A stretch of 64,000 bases of DNA from Octopus bimaculoides (Eukaryota): assembly GCF_001194135.2 (NCBI RefSeq), contig NC_069003.1:22640142-22704141 (forward strand), read 5' to 3'. The notes beneath the pieces were generated by a model. The model saw only the letters and a program-made list of their open reading frames with translations. It searched no databases and had not been told where the DNA came from. Position 1 is the stretch's first letter, and every line of letters starts with the position of its first letter. The position numbers were made by a program, and so were the translations under genes. Shown here piece by piece: positions 1-14,600 of this stretch.

Positions 1-309
1 CCTCCATGTATGCCATGGAAGCCTCCAGCACGACGTCCGACATGACCGTTGAAGTCTCCAGCCACAAAGAGAAGGTCCCTGTCACTCGTCGACGAGGTAG
101 TTTGCAAGAGGGTGTCATAGAATTGGTCTTTCAGACCATCTGGTAGCCCCGGTTGAGGTGCATAGGCTGAGATGACAGTAGCTAATCTATGATGAAGCAC
201 TAGTCTGATCTTAAGTACTCTGTCACTTACTCTAACAACCTCGATTACCTTATCCACCCATTTCTCCGCTAGAAGTATTCCTACGCCCCCGACCCCGTCA
301 GTGTTCCCT
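1..309 (-). mobile_element. RTE-type LINE APE endonuclease fragment
   Basis: Translates GVGILLAEKWVDKVIEVVRVSDRVLKIRL...ISAYAPQPGL...VAGDFNGHVG. Confidence 0.85.
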
Positions 310-311
310 CT

Positions 312-445
312 CACCTGAAATTTCTGGTATTGATTCTGGTATGAGAGCAAGGTCATCAGCATAGAGGAGCTCCCAGGAGCAACCTGTCTTGAATTCCTGG
401 AGGACTATGATGAACAAGACAGGGCTGAGAGCTGATCCTTGGAAG
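312..445 (-). mobile_element. RTE-type LINE reverse transcriptase fragment
   Basis: QGSALSPVLFIIVL...ELLYADDLAL (RT motifs). Confidence 0.85.
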
Positions 446-449
446 GATC

Positions 450-488
<39 letters not shown>

Positions 489-738
489 ATGTGTGTGTGT
501 ATGTGTGTGTGTGTGTGTGTATGTACATATATATATATAATTTTTTGTTTACAAAGCCAACTGACCTTAAATATTTTTTCCTCCAGTTCTAGAGAGGCTA
601 TGTACCTTCAGCCATCTGAGTTAGATGAACCGCCTATACTGCTAAGCAATTTTAACTTCTTAAAAACCATATTACTGATCTAGTGTGTTTCTTTTTCGAA
701 TATATGAACTACTGGCAATACATGCACACACACACATA

Positions 739-789
<51 letters not shown>

Positions 790-924
790 TAAATTTTTTA
801 TTATTATTAATAAAATACAGGGTAGCAAAAAAATTTTTGAAATTTTATTTACCACCAGTGGTCTAGCGAGGGTAAAAAACAGTCAATAGACTATGTATTA
901 TTCATTTATGAATATATATATATA

Positions 925-991
<67 letters not shown>

Positions 992-1173
992 GTATGTGTA
1001 TATGCATACATATATATATATATATATATGCATACATGTACATATATACATATATATGCATACGTGTATGTACACAGATGCACACACACACATATGTATA
1101 CATATACACACACACACATGTATTTATACACACATATATATAAATATATTGTCTTCCATCTTTCCGTAAATTT

Positions 1174-1216
<43 letters not shown>

Positions 1217-1254
1217 GCATACATATGTATATATATATATATATATATACATAC

Positions 1255-1320
<66 letters not shown>

Positions 1321-1345
1321 GCACACACATATACATAGAGAGAGA
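450..1345. repeat. Compound (AT)n/(AC)n microsatellite cluster
   Basis: Long TA/CA runs at 450-540, 715-790 and 890-1345; these produce the YIYI/HTHT ORFs. Confidence 0.95.
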
Positions 1346-1641
1346 AAGGTGTAACAGGAAATGGTGTTTTGTTTATCTCTCTTACTGTGATGAAATAATT
1401 TTGTACTTAAAAAGACAATCAACAATCATATCTAGCGTTTTTGAAGGAAATGTGATGAGATGTAACACTTGAAAGAACTATCCAAAACTGAAGTAAATAG
1501 CTATAGTTACTGTTCATATAAACTGTAAACATTATATATTTCAATTAAATAGGGGACAAAGAACTTGAGAAAAAATATAGATTATTTGGTCTCAGGTGGA
1601 AGTGGATTGGAAAACGTGCCAGTAAATATCACCTCATCTAA

Positions 1642-1839
1642 CCCTTTAGCATTTAAACTGGCCATATTAGGCCAAAATATTCTGTTCTAGTTTCAAGTAA
1701 CCAGATCTGTCTTCTTTACACCTACCCTGCATTGTCATTTTAGAAATAAACTGTCATCTCATCAAAGTCTTGAAGCTACAAGATTATTTATGAATAAATT
1801 GAGCATGGCATTTTCCAGAATAATCTGAATGCTAAAGGG
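1642..1839. mobile_element. piggyBac-type MITE
   Basis: ctaa|ccctttagcatt ... aatgctaaaggg|ttaa; related copies at 34306-34715 (tandem double) and ~63045-63225. Confidence 0.7.
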
Positions 1840-2335
1840 TTAATGGCTTTTTCTGTAGACAAACCATCAAGGAAGTCTACTTCATCATTTAACATCCGCT
1901 TTCTATGTTGGCATGGATTTGACGGTTTGACATGGAGCTGGCTAACAGGGAGCTGTCCAGACTTCAACTGTCTGTTGTGGCATGGTTTCTATGGCTGGAT
2001 GCCCTCCCCAATGCCAACCACTTAAAGTGTGCTGGGTGCTCTTTACATGCCACCAGCATGAGTGCATTTATGTAACACCAGCATGGGTGCTTTTTAAGTG
2101 GCACCGGAAAGGATAAGCCTGGCATAGTTTATCCAAGGGCCTTTAAGTGGCCTTTGTATATCTCCAGCAGAATCTACTTTTTTTGCAGGCTTTGGGACCA
2201 GATTTCTGGCTGGAAGATATCAGCATTCACATCACTCATCCAGCTTTTCACCAACTGGTTTCAGAGAACATTAAAAAAAAAGGTGGGGTGGACTACACTT
2301 TTTATCCTGACTGAGCTATAAAAAAATATACTTTC

Positions 2336-2489
2336 TTAATTATTTTTGTAGCTTAAGCAGAAGAAGGAATATCTATATATTTTACAGGCATTCCAAATCT
2401 GGTGTGAGGAAAGGAAGAAAGATTTTGACATTTTTATACTAGAGACCTGGTCCAAATTCTTGCTATAGATTAGACTCTGCTGAAGACAT
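2336..2489 (-). CDS. Possible next or terminal exon of gene L (CLQQSLIYSKNLDQVSS...KNN*)
   Basis: Acceptor agcttttag; phase-2 frame open for 50 codons to TAA; internal donor possible at 2386. A competing candidate lies at ~3651-3751. Confidence 0.3.
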
Positions 2490-3279
2490 CTAAAAGCTAA
2501 TGTGCTGGTCATATTAAACTGGGCAATGGATTAAGTCAGCTACTCCAGAACAAATATATCTTATGGAGTTCCACAGTTTCTCTCCACCCAATTACTCTCA
2601 TAGGTTTGGGTTTAGTAGAACTTATTGGTAATATCCTCTGCCATGCAGAGGATTGAATCCTGAACCATGAAATTGCAAATAAGCATCTTATCAAATGCCA
2701 AGTGAAATTTTTGTTTTATGTCATAGATATACAATAATTAAGTCGAATTCTTCTTCTTAATTGCTCTTAGCGAGGGACTTGCTTTTATAATTAAACCTGT
2801 TTCATTGTAGATCTTTCTCTTTACTTTTAGCTACAATTCTTGCATTTTACTGTTAATTAATTGGAAGGCAAGTGATATATGGGAATTCTTACTTTTGATT
2901 ATTGAGAGTATGTGATTAAACTAAAAAAAAAAATAATAAATAAAAAGAAATTGCTAATGATTCACAGATTCACTCCAAAATGCATCAACTGATCTTATTG
3001 GAATTCTCTTTTGCTTGAGTTTTTAATTTACTAATTAATTGCATGGGCGATTACTGCTAATTGAAGCTTTTGAACTCACTGTATTACATACATAAGACCA
3101 TAGTATGTTCGTATTTACTATGCAGAATGCTCCCTTCAGACATGTTCCCCCTCAACAGATATGTTTCATTGTGTCATGAGTAATACTATGTATGTGTGAC
3201 CTTAACTTTGAATGTGGTGCTTGCACACATGCATATTTCTTAAGATTTCTTCAATATATATTTCCTTTTAATCATGACC

Positions 3280-3345
3280 CATTGGATGTGCTGGCTATTA
3301 GTTGTTCTTAATCATTGGATGTGCTGGTTATTAGTTGTTTTTAAT
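3280..3345. repeat. 33-bp tandem duplication
   Basis: cattggatgtgctgg(c/t)tattagttgtt(c/t)ttaat x2. Confidence 0.9.
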
Positions 3346-4200
3346 CATTGTTTTAGCAGTATATTGTATATTTATTGGATCTAGCTTAAATATATTTTAG
3401 TGCATGGAAAATGAAAATCTGTAGCTTCCTAATTTTAGTCCATTGTGTATGTTGACATGGAATATTGTACATGCTCAGATTGTATGTTTTATGTGTTTTT
3501 TTTTTTAATCTTTGTTTTTTGTTTTAATTTTTCTTCTGTTCCAGTGAAAATATGATCTGCTTCTCCTAAAGTATTTTATCTATATTATAATTATATTTAG
3601 TTATATGTCTAGTGTGTTCATCTTTAATTTTATTCTATTCCAGCTTAACTTTAGATTTCTCAAGGCTCCAAAAATTTCTCATCTGAAATCCTCTTTTTGC
3701 TTTTAATTCATATTTATTTATTGTTAAAATAATACAAGAATCTGGTGTCAGCCTCTTTGGTAAAATAAAAATAAAAATTGCTATTATTTTATTAAGAAGA
3801 AAATTCCATTGTGATCTGTATGTCAATACTTTTTTAAAACTCACTGTTTAATTGCAGATTTAATTAATGAATCATCGTTGCATTCTAGCTTTAATTATTC
3901 ATATCTTATTTAATTTCCAACTAAGACAGTAGACAGTTACATTTGTATTCAGACTGTAAAAATGATACTTGTACTTGACCTGGTTTAAGCCATTAAGACC
4001 ATTATCTGACCCCCCCCCCTCAACTAGTTCCATGATACAAAACTTCCATTGAAATGGGGATGGGGTGGGGAAACGTCCAAAATGATTTTATATAAAATCT
4101 TCCTTTCAGTTGCATTTCAGAAACTATCTTTATGAAAACTAAGTTATTTTACAATTTCCACCAAATTCTTGATTACTTTGAAAATTTATTGAACCATTTA

Positions 4201-4582
4201 GTGTTGGCACTCCGTCGGTTACGACAACAAGGATTCCAGTTGATCCGATCAACGGAACAGCCTGCTTGTGAAATTAACGTGCAAGTGGCTGAGCACTCCA
4301 CAGACACGTGTACCCTTAACGTAGTTCTCGGGGAGATTCAGCGTGGCACAGACTGTGACAAGGCTGACCCTTTGAATTACAGGCACAACAAAAACAGGAA
4401 GAAAGAGTGAGAGAAAGTTGTAGTGAAAGAGTACAGCAGGGTTCGCCACCATCCCCTGCCGGAGCCTCGTGGAGCTTTAGGTGTTTTCGCTCAATAAACA
4501 CTCACAACGCCCGGTCTGGGAATCGAAACCGCGATCCTATGACCGCGAGTCCGCTGCCCTAACCACTGGGCCATTGCGCCTT
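4201..4582 (-). mobile_element. tRNA-derived SINE family A (tRNA-Arg-like head), young copy
   Basis: Head ggcgcaatggcccagtggttagggcagcggactcgcggtcataggatcgcggtttcgattccc with A/B boxes; approximate TSD catt(t/c)agtgt. Confidence 0.85.
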
Positions 4583-5503
4583 CATTCAGTGTATTTCATA
4601 AGAAATATGGTCATGAAGGATTAAAGTGCAGCCGCTTCATGCTTTTGTCAATGATTCAGAAACTGTAATCAGCTTGTAAAATATTTGTATGCCAGCTCCT
4701 GCTTTCTGAGAGTGTGATGAACTAGGATCATGGCTTATACTTCACCATCTCTTTCGATTATCATATAAAAAAAAGATGTTAATGAGGAAGCTACTGTTTC
4801 CTTTAAATTCTGCTCCATCATCTTAAAGAAAGACATATTTGATAAGTTATTCCTAGTTACCTCTAAAAAGACAAGTAACATCACAACTGGAATACTAGTG
4901 ATGAATCCGGGTTGACCACTGGGGGTAAATGACGACTACAACAAACACTTCAGTGAATGACATTAAATGAGGGTTCTTTGCTGAAATTAAAATCTGTTGT
5001 TTCAGCACACACTGGATAATATAGTCCCTGTTCTGTGAAATAATGGTATGGTTATAGCTGGAATACCTTTGATAATAGGTCTGTTGGAGGGGGTATGACT
5101 TGGGAGATAACTAACAAGAACAACATAGTAAGAAGAAACTCTTCCCTGTGTAACCTGCTCCACTAATAAATCATTCTTTTGTAATTTCTTTCTAGTCAGT
5201 TTTCTAGGATTAATTACTTAGGTGTATCTGCTATACAGTCTAAAATTTCTTAACCACAAAGCTTGTGGATTGCCATAAGAATTCCTCAGTTATTAATGTA
5301 AAATTCTAGAAGTTCTCTTGTTACTGATCATCCTGCTTTTCATTGTGTTGTATATCTCTTCGGGTTTCGCCTACCTTCTAAAAATTGCAATAAACTGTAG
5401 AGTCTGCTTCACAATGTATGTCCAAACTGTTTCAATTTCATTAATGTTAGCATACTGCAACCTTCTAGAAATTGCAGCAAAGTGCTCCTCAAGCCACACT
5501 TAC

Positions 5504-5601
5504 TCCTCTTTGAAATGGAAGGACACATTGTACAATGTAGATTCTACATATACAAAAGACTGTAATGTCTTTGGTTTTAAGTCTACTAATTCAGGACTGA
5601 C
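5504..5601 (-). CDS. Gene L 98-nt exon (VSPELVDLKPKTLQSFVYVESTLYNVSFHFKE)
   Basis: Acceptor tttaacttcag, donor GGA|gtaagt; 32 open codons. Confidence 0.7.
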
Positions 5602-8189
5602 CTGAAGTTAAACAATGTTTTATTTTACTTAAAAATAGCTTTTTTTTGTTTTTGTTTTACAGATTTATCAATTATTTTGATTTTCAGTTGAATATAGTTT
5701 ATTTCTCAAATTCCTCATCTACGACCAATTATTTGGGACACAGGCATAACTGTGTAGGTAAGAAATTTGGTTTGTAACAACATTGTTTCGGGCTCATGTT
5801 AGCATGGATGGATTAGATATGAAAATTTAGTGAATTTGATGGGGATTTTTGAATGAACTACTGAAGTGTTTAATATCTATTGATATTGTGTTATTTTAAT
5901 ATTGTGGTTAAATGGAGATCAAATCAGTTGTTATTGAGCCACAGGTCAGCTTGATTGAGCTGATCTTATAATAAAAGGTGTTCCGGTTGCAAGTAACCTA
6001 TCATTTTTGACAACCTATTGTATCTAAGATGGTATCATCCAATATGATCTTTATTAAGATAGCAAGATAGCATTTGAAGGATATCCAGGCATCAAGTTGG
6101 ATGACTGCATCAAGATTTTATCATTGCTGTTTAGTTATGATCAGGTATTCTGGCTATGACCACTCCACCTCTTTATATTTATTACAACAATGTCCAGTGG
6201 GCTCTTCCATTTTTTTTTAAAGATAGGATGTGATTTGAAGGAGATGTAACTGCTATTTCTATCTAACTAAGTTCCCTGTGTTGACTCGTCCTGTACTTCA
6301 TTGACTAACATTGTAACTTTATAACCACTGTTGAGCCAAAACAACTTGGGAACTTTTATATGTGAAATAGCCAAAATCCCCTCAAGTCATACCCTACAAT
6401 CTTAAAGAAAAGGACATATTGAACAATGTAGTCCAAGGTTTATCATTCCTCAAGAATAAGGCAAGGTAATCATGGTTTCAATGTCCTTGACTAATAAGTC
6501 TTTTCAATTAGAGCCAACATCACTGTTAAAAATATTTTTAATATTTAATTTTTTATTGAATACTTCATGGAAACAGCTTCAAGTTTATATCCCATTTATG
6601 TCTTAAAACTCTAAATCTGATTATTGTGTGCAGCCAATTACAAAGTATGTTTGCTTTACAGATTTCCCCTTTCAAGATGTTAAAACCTCTTCGTTCTTTC
6701 TTGTCTAGTCTAGTGAGATAAAAACAAAAAAAGAAACAACCATATAAAATTAGATTTTGTTTGCTGAATTCAATAAGTGTGTTTACTCATCTGACTGAAT
6801 ATTGAATTCAGTCTCAAGCTCTTTGAAAGAATTTCTGTTCACTAAGAGACATGTCAGATTCTGTTCAAAAATTTTTCTCAAGAATATTTTGATATTTAAG
6901 AAAATATTTCCATATTTTCTCTTTCATGCTTTCTTTCTTATTTAATTAAAGTAAAATGACTTAGAAGAAATATTGTGTGTGTGTGTGTGTATATAATCGC
7001 ACAGTTTTTCTTTATGTGTCCAGTCTTACGAACTGAGACTGGCATGTTACACATACTCGCTGAACAAATTATCATATGCACATCTGAGACTAACAAACGA
7101 GTGGGAAAAATTACTAAAAGAAAATAACTTTTTTCTTGTAGTAAGCCCAATATTTTGTATTACTTTAAATATTAAGATTGTAAAAAAAATTAGTTGATAT
7201 ATATGTTTAATCTGCTTTCTTTACAAGAGCCATTTAGATCTTTTTTAAAAACATCTACATTCCCCCATTTAATTAAATTTTTTTTTTATTTCTAACTTTT
7301 CTGTATTAAAATGGTAATGGTTGTGAGAGAGTAGCAGCCCAGACTGGATACTTTCTAGTACAATTTTTGGTGTTTTAAAGTTCTGTAGCAAATTCAGCTA
7401 TTGTACATTATTCTTGTTTAGTCAGGTTAAAGGCTGTTCATCCATAGCTATTCCATGTTTTTGTATAATGGACTGTGTTGTCCATTGTATCCCACCATTT
7501 TCAAGTTGTAGAGTGTGAAATGAGGGATATTTGGCTGCTCTTTCTGGCAGGTTGAGTCACCATGTAGAGGCTTCTTGTTTGATCAAGACCCAGCCATACA
7601 TTTTATGTGTTATCTTCAGTAAATTAAGTACCAGTAATATGCTCTACTGGTTGAATGCTTTCACTCAAATTCCTTTATTGTTTAAGTGAAAAAAAATATT
7701 TTACACAATCTCTCTGAGCTCTTGATTATATTTCAAAATTAATTAAAGTACATGGCAAATATATTTCATTCGGTCTGTTTGCTATGTTCACAAACTGGTT
7801 AACCCTTGTGTTTGAATCCTGAACATGCTTTTTAGCACAGGCATTGCTTCTTAACCTTGGTCAAGGTTAGCTGCTCATGTTTGTCTTGGATAGAACTATT
7901 ATCTTTAAGAAGTGCATCTAGCTGCAAAAAAATAATTAATATGAGTGAACAAAGAAGCTTGTATGAGGCTGCTTGAAATGTTAGACATATCTGCTTTATT
8001 TTTTTAACATTGGATGCTATGATCCTGAATGCAGAATTCACTATCTAGGTGAAAAATGATATGACCATTGCTAAAATGCCTTTAATCATAGGTTTGCTTT
8101 TGTTGGAACTAAACAGCAACAAATAAACAGGAAAAATAGTGTCTTTATATCTACGTGTGTGTGTGTGTGTGTGTGTGTGNNNNNNNNNN

Positions 8190-8225
<36 letters not shown>

Positions 8226-11200
8226 TACAACCTTCCCTGAGTAATGAAAAACCTTCATGCCAAATTTGGTATTATACCGCTGGAAAAAACCCCCGGATGG
8301 GCTGTATAGGGGGAAGGGGGCTGCGACGCCTTATATGAACAAGGGCCCAAATTTGATCCCCCCCTCCCCCAGAACTGTTCCTGAGTAATGAAAGACCTTC
8401 ATACCAAATTTGGTACAGATTGATCCAGAGGTTTAGCCGTGCATAAAGGAAACACACACACACACACCCATACAGAGGATTTTATATATATAGATATATT
8501 TTCGTTTAATTATGAATTAGAAACTGTGCTAGTGCTGTGAATATTATTTATCACACATACTCAATGTATGTGTTTTGTTTGCTTGCTGGTGCGCTGTCTC
8601 GCCTTTCAGATGTTTTAACACCCAGTGCTTGGAGGGAGTCATCTCCACTGTGCTAAACCACAGTGTACTGGTGAACAAACAAAGCTCATACATTGGGTAT
8701 GTGCTATTGATAATGAGTGTGTGTTTGTGTTCAAATACGTTTCATATCTCAATGAATAGTTCTCAAGAAAGAATAGATTCTGGTTGATTGTTGTGAACCT
8801 CAGATTTTGTAAATCATTACTTTTTACCTTTATTGTTTCGTATAAATCATGTTGATCTGAGACAAATCTAACAAACATTTCAGCAATTCCTGATGACCTT
8901 TTCCAATTCTTCTGGATTTCCAGATGACCTTTACTGATTCTTGATAGCAATTGTATCAATAGTAACTTATTGGAGTTAGATTTATTTCATTAAATATTCT
9001 CAGTTGTTGTAAGCAAAGAGTATCAGTGATTGAATCTCCCATTCCCAGACAGTTTATTGGTAGTACATATTTCAGTAGTCTTAGATCAAAATAGTGCTGT
9101 TTCCCTCTTTTTTGTCACTTGCTTCTACAACAGCATCTGCTCATATGAAATAGCTACTTGCATACCACATCTACTCATTTACGTCTCCTGCTGTCACACC
9201 ACTTCCGTGTTTCACTGTCCAACATGTCCCCTCATAAACCACTATTCCTGATCGTTCCCTTCCATCCAGATTTCTCCTACAGACATTTGTCTTACAGATG
9301 TTCATAAGTCATGATTGATAGTCATGTCAATCTTTGAAGGCCAAGCTGAACATAAATTTTATCAGTTTATTAATCTTAGAGGATCAGGCTGAAAATAAGT
9401 TGTATCAATCATAGCAATCTTAGAGTGCTAACCTAAACATAAATTGTATCAATCTCATCACTTTTAGAGGAACAAGCTGAACAGCCATCTCATCAATCTT
9501 AGTGAGCTAAACTGAAGAAATTGTATCAGTCATATCAATCATCATCATCATCATCATCATTGTTTAACGTCCGCTTTCGATGCTAGCATGGGTTGGACGA
9601 TTTGACTAAGGACTGGTGGACCAGGAGGCGACACCAGGCTCCAATCTGATTTGGCAGAGTTTCTACAGCTGGATGCCCTTCCTAACGCCAACTACTCCGA
9701 GAGTGTAGTGGGTGTTTTACGTGCCACCAGCATGAGGGCCAGTCAGATGGTACTGGTGACGGCCACGCTCGAAATGGTGTATTTTGCGTGCCACCTGCAC
9801 AGGAACCAATCCATCGGCACTGGCAATGATCTCACTCGAATATCTTTTCACGTGCCACTTGCACAAGTGCCAAGGAGGTGACGTTGGTAACGATCAACGG
9901 CCATGCTCGAAATGGTGTATTTTACGTGTCATCTGCATAGGGGCCAGCCCATCGGCACTGGCTGAACATAAGTATAAAAATAAAAGCAAAAGAAAACAAA
10001 ACATAACGAATTCTCACATGGCATTAATAAAACCCTTGCAAACATGTTCATTCAGTTTAATGAAAATTTGCAACTTCAAATCATACTTTATCGTCTTAAA
10101 GCAGAAAAAAACACATTGGTGAATATCTTCCAGAATAGACTATGCCCACAAAAAGGCAAGGTTGAATGCTTGGGTGCTAAGCAACAATTACAATATAACT
10201 CCTGCTGAAACATACTTCTAAATATAGAACTAGATTAATAATAGATTGATAGATTGTAAGCAGAGTATTCACTTATAATAGAGTTTGAACCCCAAAGAAA
10301 ATGCGACACTATTTAGCTTTGTTGAGTCTGATTCTGATGGGATGTATGTATGTGTGTGAGTGAAATGTGTACATATTTGTCTCTGTATTGTGACCTCATA
10401 ACAAGATTAAAGATTAGGATTATCTTAATTAATCACCTCTCTGTGGTATTTCACTATTTTAAAAAGTAAGTAGATTTATGACAAGTTGTGTGTGTGTGAG
10501 TGTGTGTGAGTGTGTGTGTGTGGTAGCTGTACACTTTACTTGAAGTAAATTACCTGGCATTTTCTTTGCTGGCAACTTTTGTAGTAGGGAAAAATAAAAT
10601 CCATTAATTCTAAATAATATGTGCATGCATGCTGCAGGACCTCTGAGACAGGTAGAGGAAAGGTGGAAGTTAATTGTCAGACAAAAAATTTAGCCTGAAT
10701 GTAACAAGGTGGATTCATTACTGACATCAAAAGGTTTTAAGCCAGGATGGTCCCTTCATATGTATATTTGTGTGTGTGTGTGTGTATATGTGTGTGTACA
10801 CCTGTATATGTATACACACACACACACACACACACACACTTAATTAAACTAAGTACTCAGCCACTACTCAAGTTCCATGCTCTGCAGTCTTTCAGGATGA
10901 ATGATCACAGATTTTCAAACTGGAATAAGAAACAAATATCTATAATACACATATGAACAAAATATAGAACATTTGGATTACTTGCTTCCTCTTTCGTTAT
11001 CAAAGTGTATTATTTGTGTGTGTGTATGTATGTGTGCGTGCGTGCATACCTACATACATAAGGCATCACCCAGCACTCCTGGATAAATTGAATTGTAACA
11101 AAAGATATAATCTTTTTGATAAGCATACAATTTTAGCTTGGCTATATAAAAAAAAAAAAGTGATTATACCATAGGGTTTTATCTGTTGTGTGCAAAAAAA

Positions 11201-11638
11201 AAAGTGAGATTGATCCGATTCTCCATCTTTTGCTTTGGAGAGATTTGTAGCTTATAATGATTTATAATGTATATAAATTAGATTTCATTAGTACATGTGC
11301 AGACAATTTGGTTCATTAATTAGTAATGCACTTCAAAGTAACAACTTTGCAGTCAGAACCTCAGACTAAATTCCTAGCTGTATATGTTGTCGCTTTTTAG
11401 TGGTGAACCAAATGCTTTGTTGTATTTGTTCGTATTCTCAGTGCCCAGATATCTTTTATCTTCTTTCAGTCATTTGACAGTGGCCATGTTTGGACAAATC
11501 CACCGAAGGACTTATTTTTTTTAAGCCTTGTACTTATTTCATTGGTCTCTTTTGCTGAATTTTTAAGTTACAGGGACATAAACACACTGACACCAGTTGT
11601 CAGGTGGTGGTGGGGTACAAACACAGACACAAATATGT

Positions 11639-11683
<45 letters not shown>

Positions 11684-14600
11684 AGATTTATTTCAGTTTC
11701 TGTCTACCAAATGCACTCACAAGGCCTTGGTCAGCCTGAGGCTATAGTAGAAGACATTTGCCCAAGGTGTCTGAACTCAGAACCATGTGGTTGGAAAGTA
11801 AGTTTCTTACCACACAACCATGCTTGCACCAAAGTTATCAATCTAACCAACAAGATGGTTGTCTTGTAAAAAGTACTTGAAAGAAGGTAATGGAAAGTCA
11901 CATTTGTATTTTCTCATGGCAAGGACAAAATGCTAGCAAAAGAAGTCACCAGGGGCTGTTTGTCAATCCGATGATGTGAGAAAGGAAGGAATGCACTCTG
12001 CAGTGCTTTTGAATAATTTGAAATGTTTTGACAGGTAAAGCCATTTTTATAAACATACAATTTTAACTTCTCTGTGTAAAGTAAATAAAGTGGTTACACT
12101 ACAGGTTTTTTTTTCTCTCAGCAGATAAAGTAGGATCAATACAGCTTAGTTTCTACTCTCCCTAGACCTTAATCAGAGAAAGAGTATCCATTTCTCTTTT
12201 TTTTTTTGTTTTGTCCATGGACGTATCAGTCAGTAGCTTGTAGCTAGTTATACTGTCTACAAACTAGAACATAGGTAAATAGGTTTAATTTGCATAATGT
12301 TATTAACTAACAAGGTTTGGACAGAGCTGAATTGGATGCTAGAAATGCAGATGCTGGCACAGTAATGCACCAGCTGCAATTTTTTAATCCTTGAAAAGGA
12401 AAAAAGCCATACTCACTATTTTTAATTTGGTTGTTATGTCTAGCCTCATCTATGTTCATGAATGTTGGATAATGACTGAAAGAGTATGGTTGTGAATACA
12501 AGTGGCCAAAATGGTGCTCTTCTGAAGGGTCTCTGGAGTAACATTACTTGACAGGGTGTATAGCTTGGAACTCATTGAGTCTCTCCAGGTTGAGCCACTA
12601 CTTCTCAAAATTGAGTGGTCACAGGTCCAGTACTACAGACATGTGATTAGAACGTCAGTGAATACAATCACAAGACAGACTCTTTAAGCTGAGCCAACCA
12701 ACAGGAGACCTAGGGAAACCAAAAATGAGATGGTTGGAAAACATCCATAGTCTCGGTTGGTCATGCTTGAGAAGCCAACTGGAAAGTCTAATGACAATTG
12801 CTTCTGATTGAAGGAGGTGCCTAAGGACTCTCCTCTCATGATCCTCTCAGTGGGTGGAGGAGATGGATTGATGGATGTGCTTGCTTACTCGCAACAGTCC
12901 ATCAAAGGTGATGACAGCGTTGATTCAAGACATTCATCCTTCTCTTCCTCCATACATTGTTTCGCATAGGAGCAGATGTGGCTGACGAGACTGATATGAG
13001 ATTGGCAGATCCTGTGGCTCTGAGGCTACTGAAAGTGACCCCTGAACAACTGCTGCAGAGGATTGATGACTCCTCCTCCTCTCTTCATGCAGTCTCCTGT
13101 GTTCAATTTCAAAACACTCTACTCCAGCATCACACATAGATCTCCATGCCTTCCAATTAACAGCTAGGGCCTCCAACTGATTGGGAGGGACACTGCATGA
13201 AATGAGAGAATGCTTGAGATGATGATGAAAGCTATCATGAAAATGTAATAAACCAATTTATAACCTCATCAGATCCAACCATAGTCTAAGTTTGCTTATA
13301 GATTTTAATATTGGTATTACTTTATGTAAAGTTTTCTTGCTCAATTTATCAGTATCCGACTTTGATGAGCATTTGCCTATCTAAGCCTGACAATAGGTTT
13401 ATCTCCAAACTTTGGATTATGGTTCTTTAGGCTTATCTGGAGTATCAATGAGTACATAAGGTTCAGAGTTATCAGCAAGTCCAAGGCTTTTGACAATTTC
13501 TAATCCTGTAGAATTAATATTATTTAGAATAGAAAGAGATGCTTGCTTCTAATTACTGTAGAATTCATTTCAAATTATCATGTTAACATTGTACAAGTTT
13601 CCAGTTTTGTACTTGATTCCCTAATGCTTGTTTAAGTTGCTTAATCAGATTGTCCAATTTCCTCATATGTTTATTATTATGGAGTGGATTTTTCTTTAAT
13701 TTGATATTCCTAATCATATTGATTAGATCCTCCTCAAATCCCATAAGGTGATGATTTTGTGATCGATTGCAATGAGATTTGCATAAACACTTCAAGTCAT
13801 TGTCTGGGTTTGGTATTTTATCATTTCTGCAGGTGTTGTCGAAAAAATATTCTTTCCATCGTATACACATTATGAAGGAGCTGGCTTACTGGATAGTCTG
13901 TGCTTCCAGGTAGCAGAAAATCCTTCAAAGAAATATCCAAGTGTGTTTTTCCTATTTAGGAAGTAAATAGTTGTCAGTATAAAGGAGCTAAATGTACTCA
14001 CTAATAAATTTTCATTGGAATTTCAGTTTGTATGGACGGTTTTGTCTAAGGTAAACTGACCGCCACACAATGGCTGGGTATACAGCTTCTAATGCCTATA
14101 GAAATAAACAGAATACTCATGTCGGTTAGGTGAGCTCATTTGTAATACAAATAATAAATGAGTATATGCATATATATACGTACATGTATGTACATACTTA
14201 CATCTACCTGTATAATATGGATGCATATCTGGGTACAGGACATTGCAAACAAAACGTAGACAAAATGATAAACAAGTACAGAAAACACACAAGTCACATA
14301 GAGAACATTTCCTTCATCAGCTGCCACCATTCCACACTGGCGTTTGACACCATCATATCATTTACCCCATGTGATAATTGTTGTCATTGAAATACCACAC
14401 TGACAGAATGATGATCAAATGGTTAATTGATGTCAACATCATGTCTACCCTACCACATGCAGCATCAAATGTAAAGTACTGTTATTACTGACTATATCAT
14501 GTTGCAGAATGTTGACAAAATGATGCCAACATCCGGTGTGCACCGTGTGGGCTTAACCCTATCACACCATATTCCTGATAGTGGGAATATCCTAAATGTA

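Noticed and set aside
893-1472. [12 protein letters not shown] ORFs
   Set aside because: Translations of dinucleotide microsatellites.
8860-9300. Extension of ORF 8639..8959 as a large exon
   Set aside because: An in-frame stop lies upstream, there is no good acceptor, and the region looks like a decayed LINE; only the 29-nt exon was kept.
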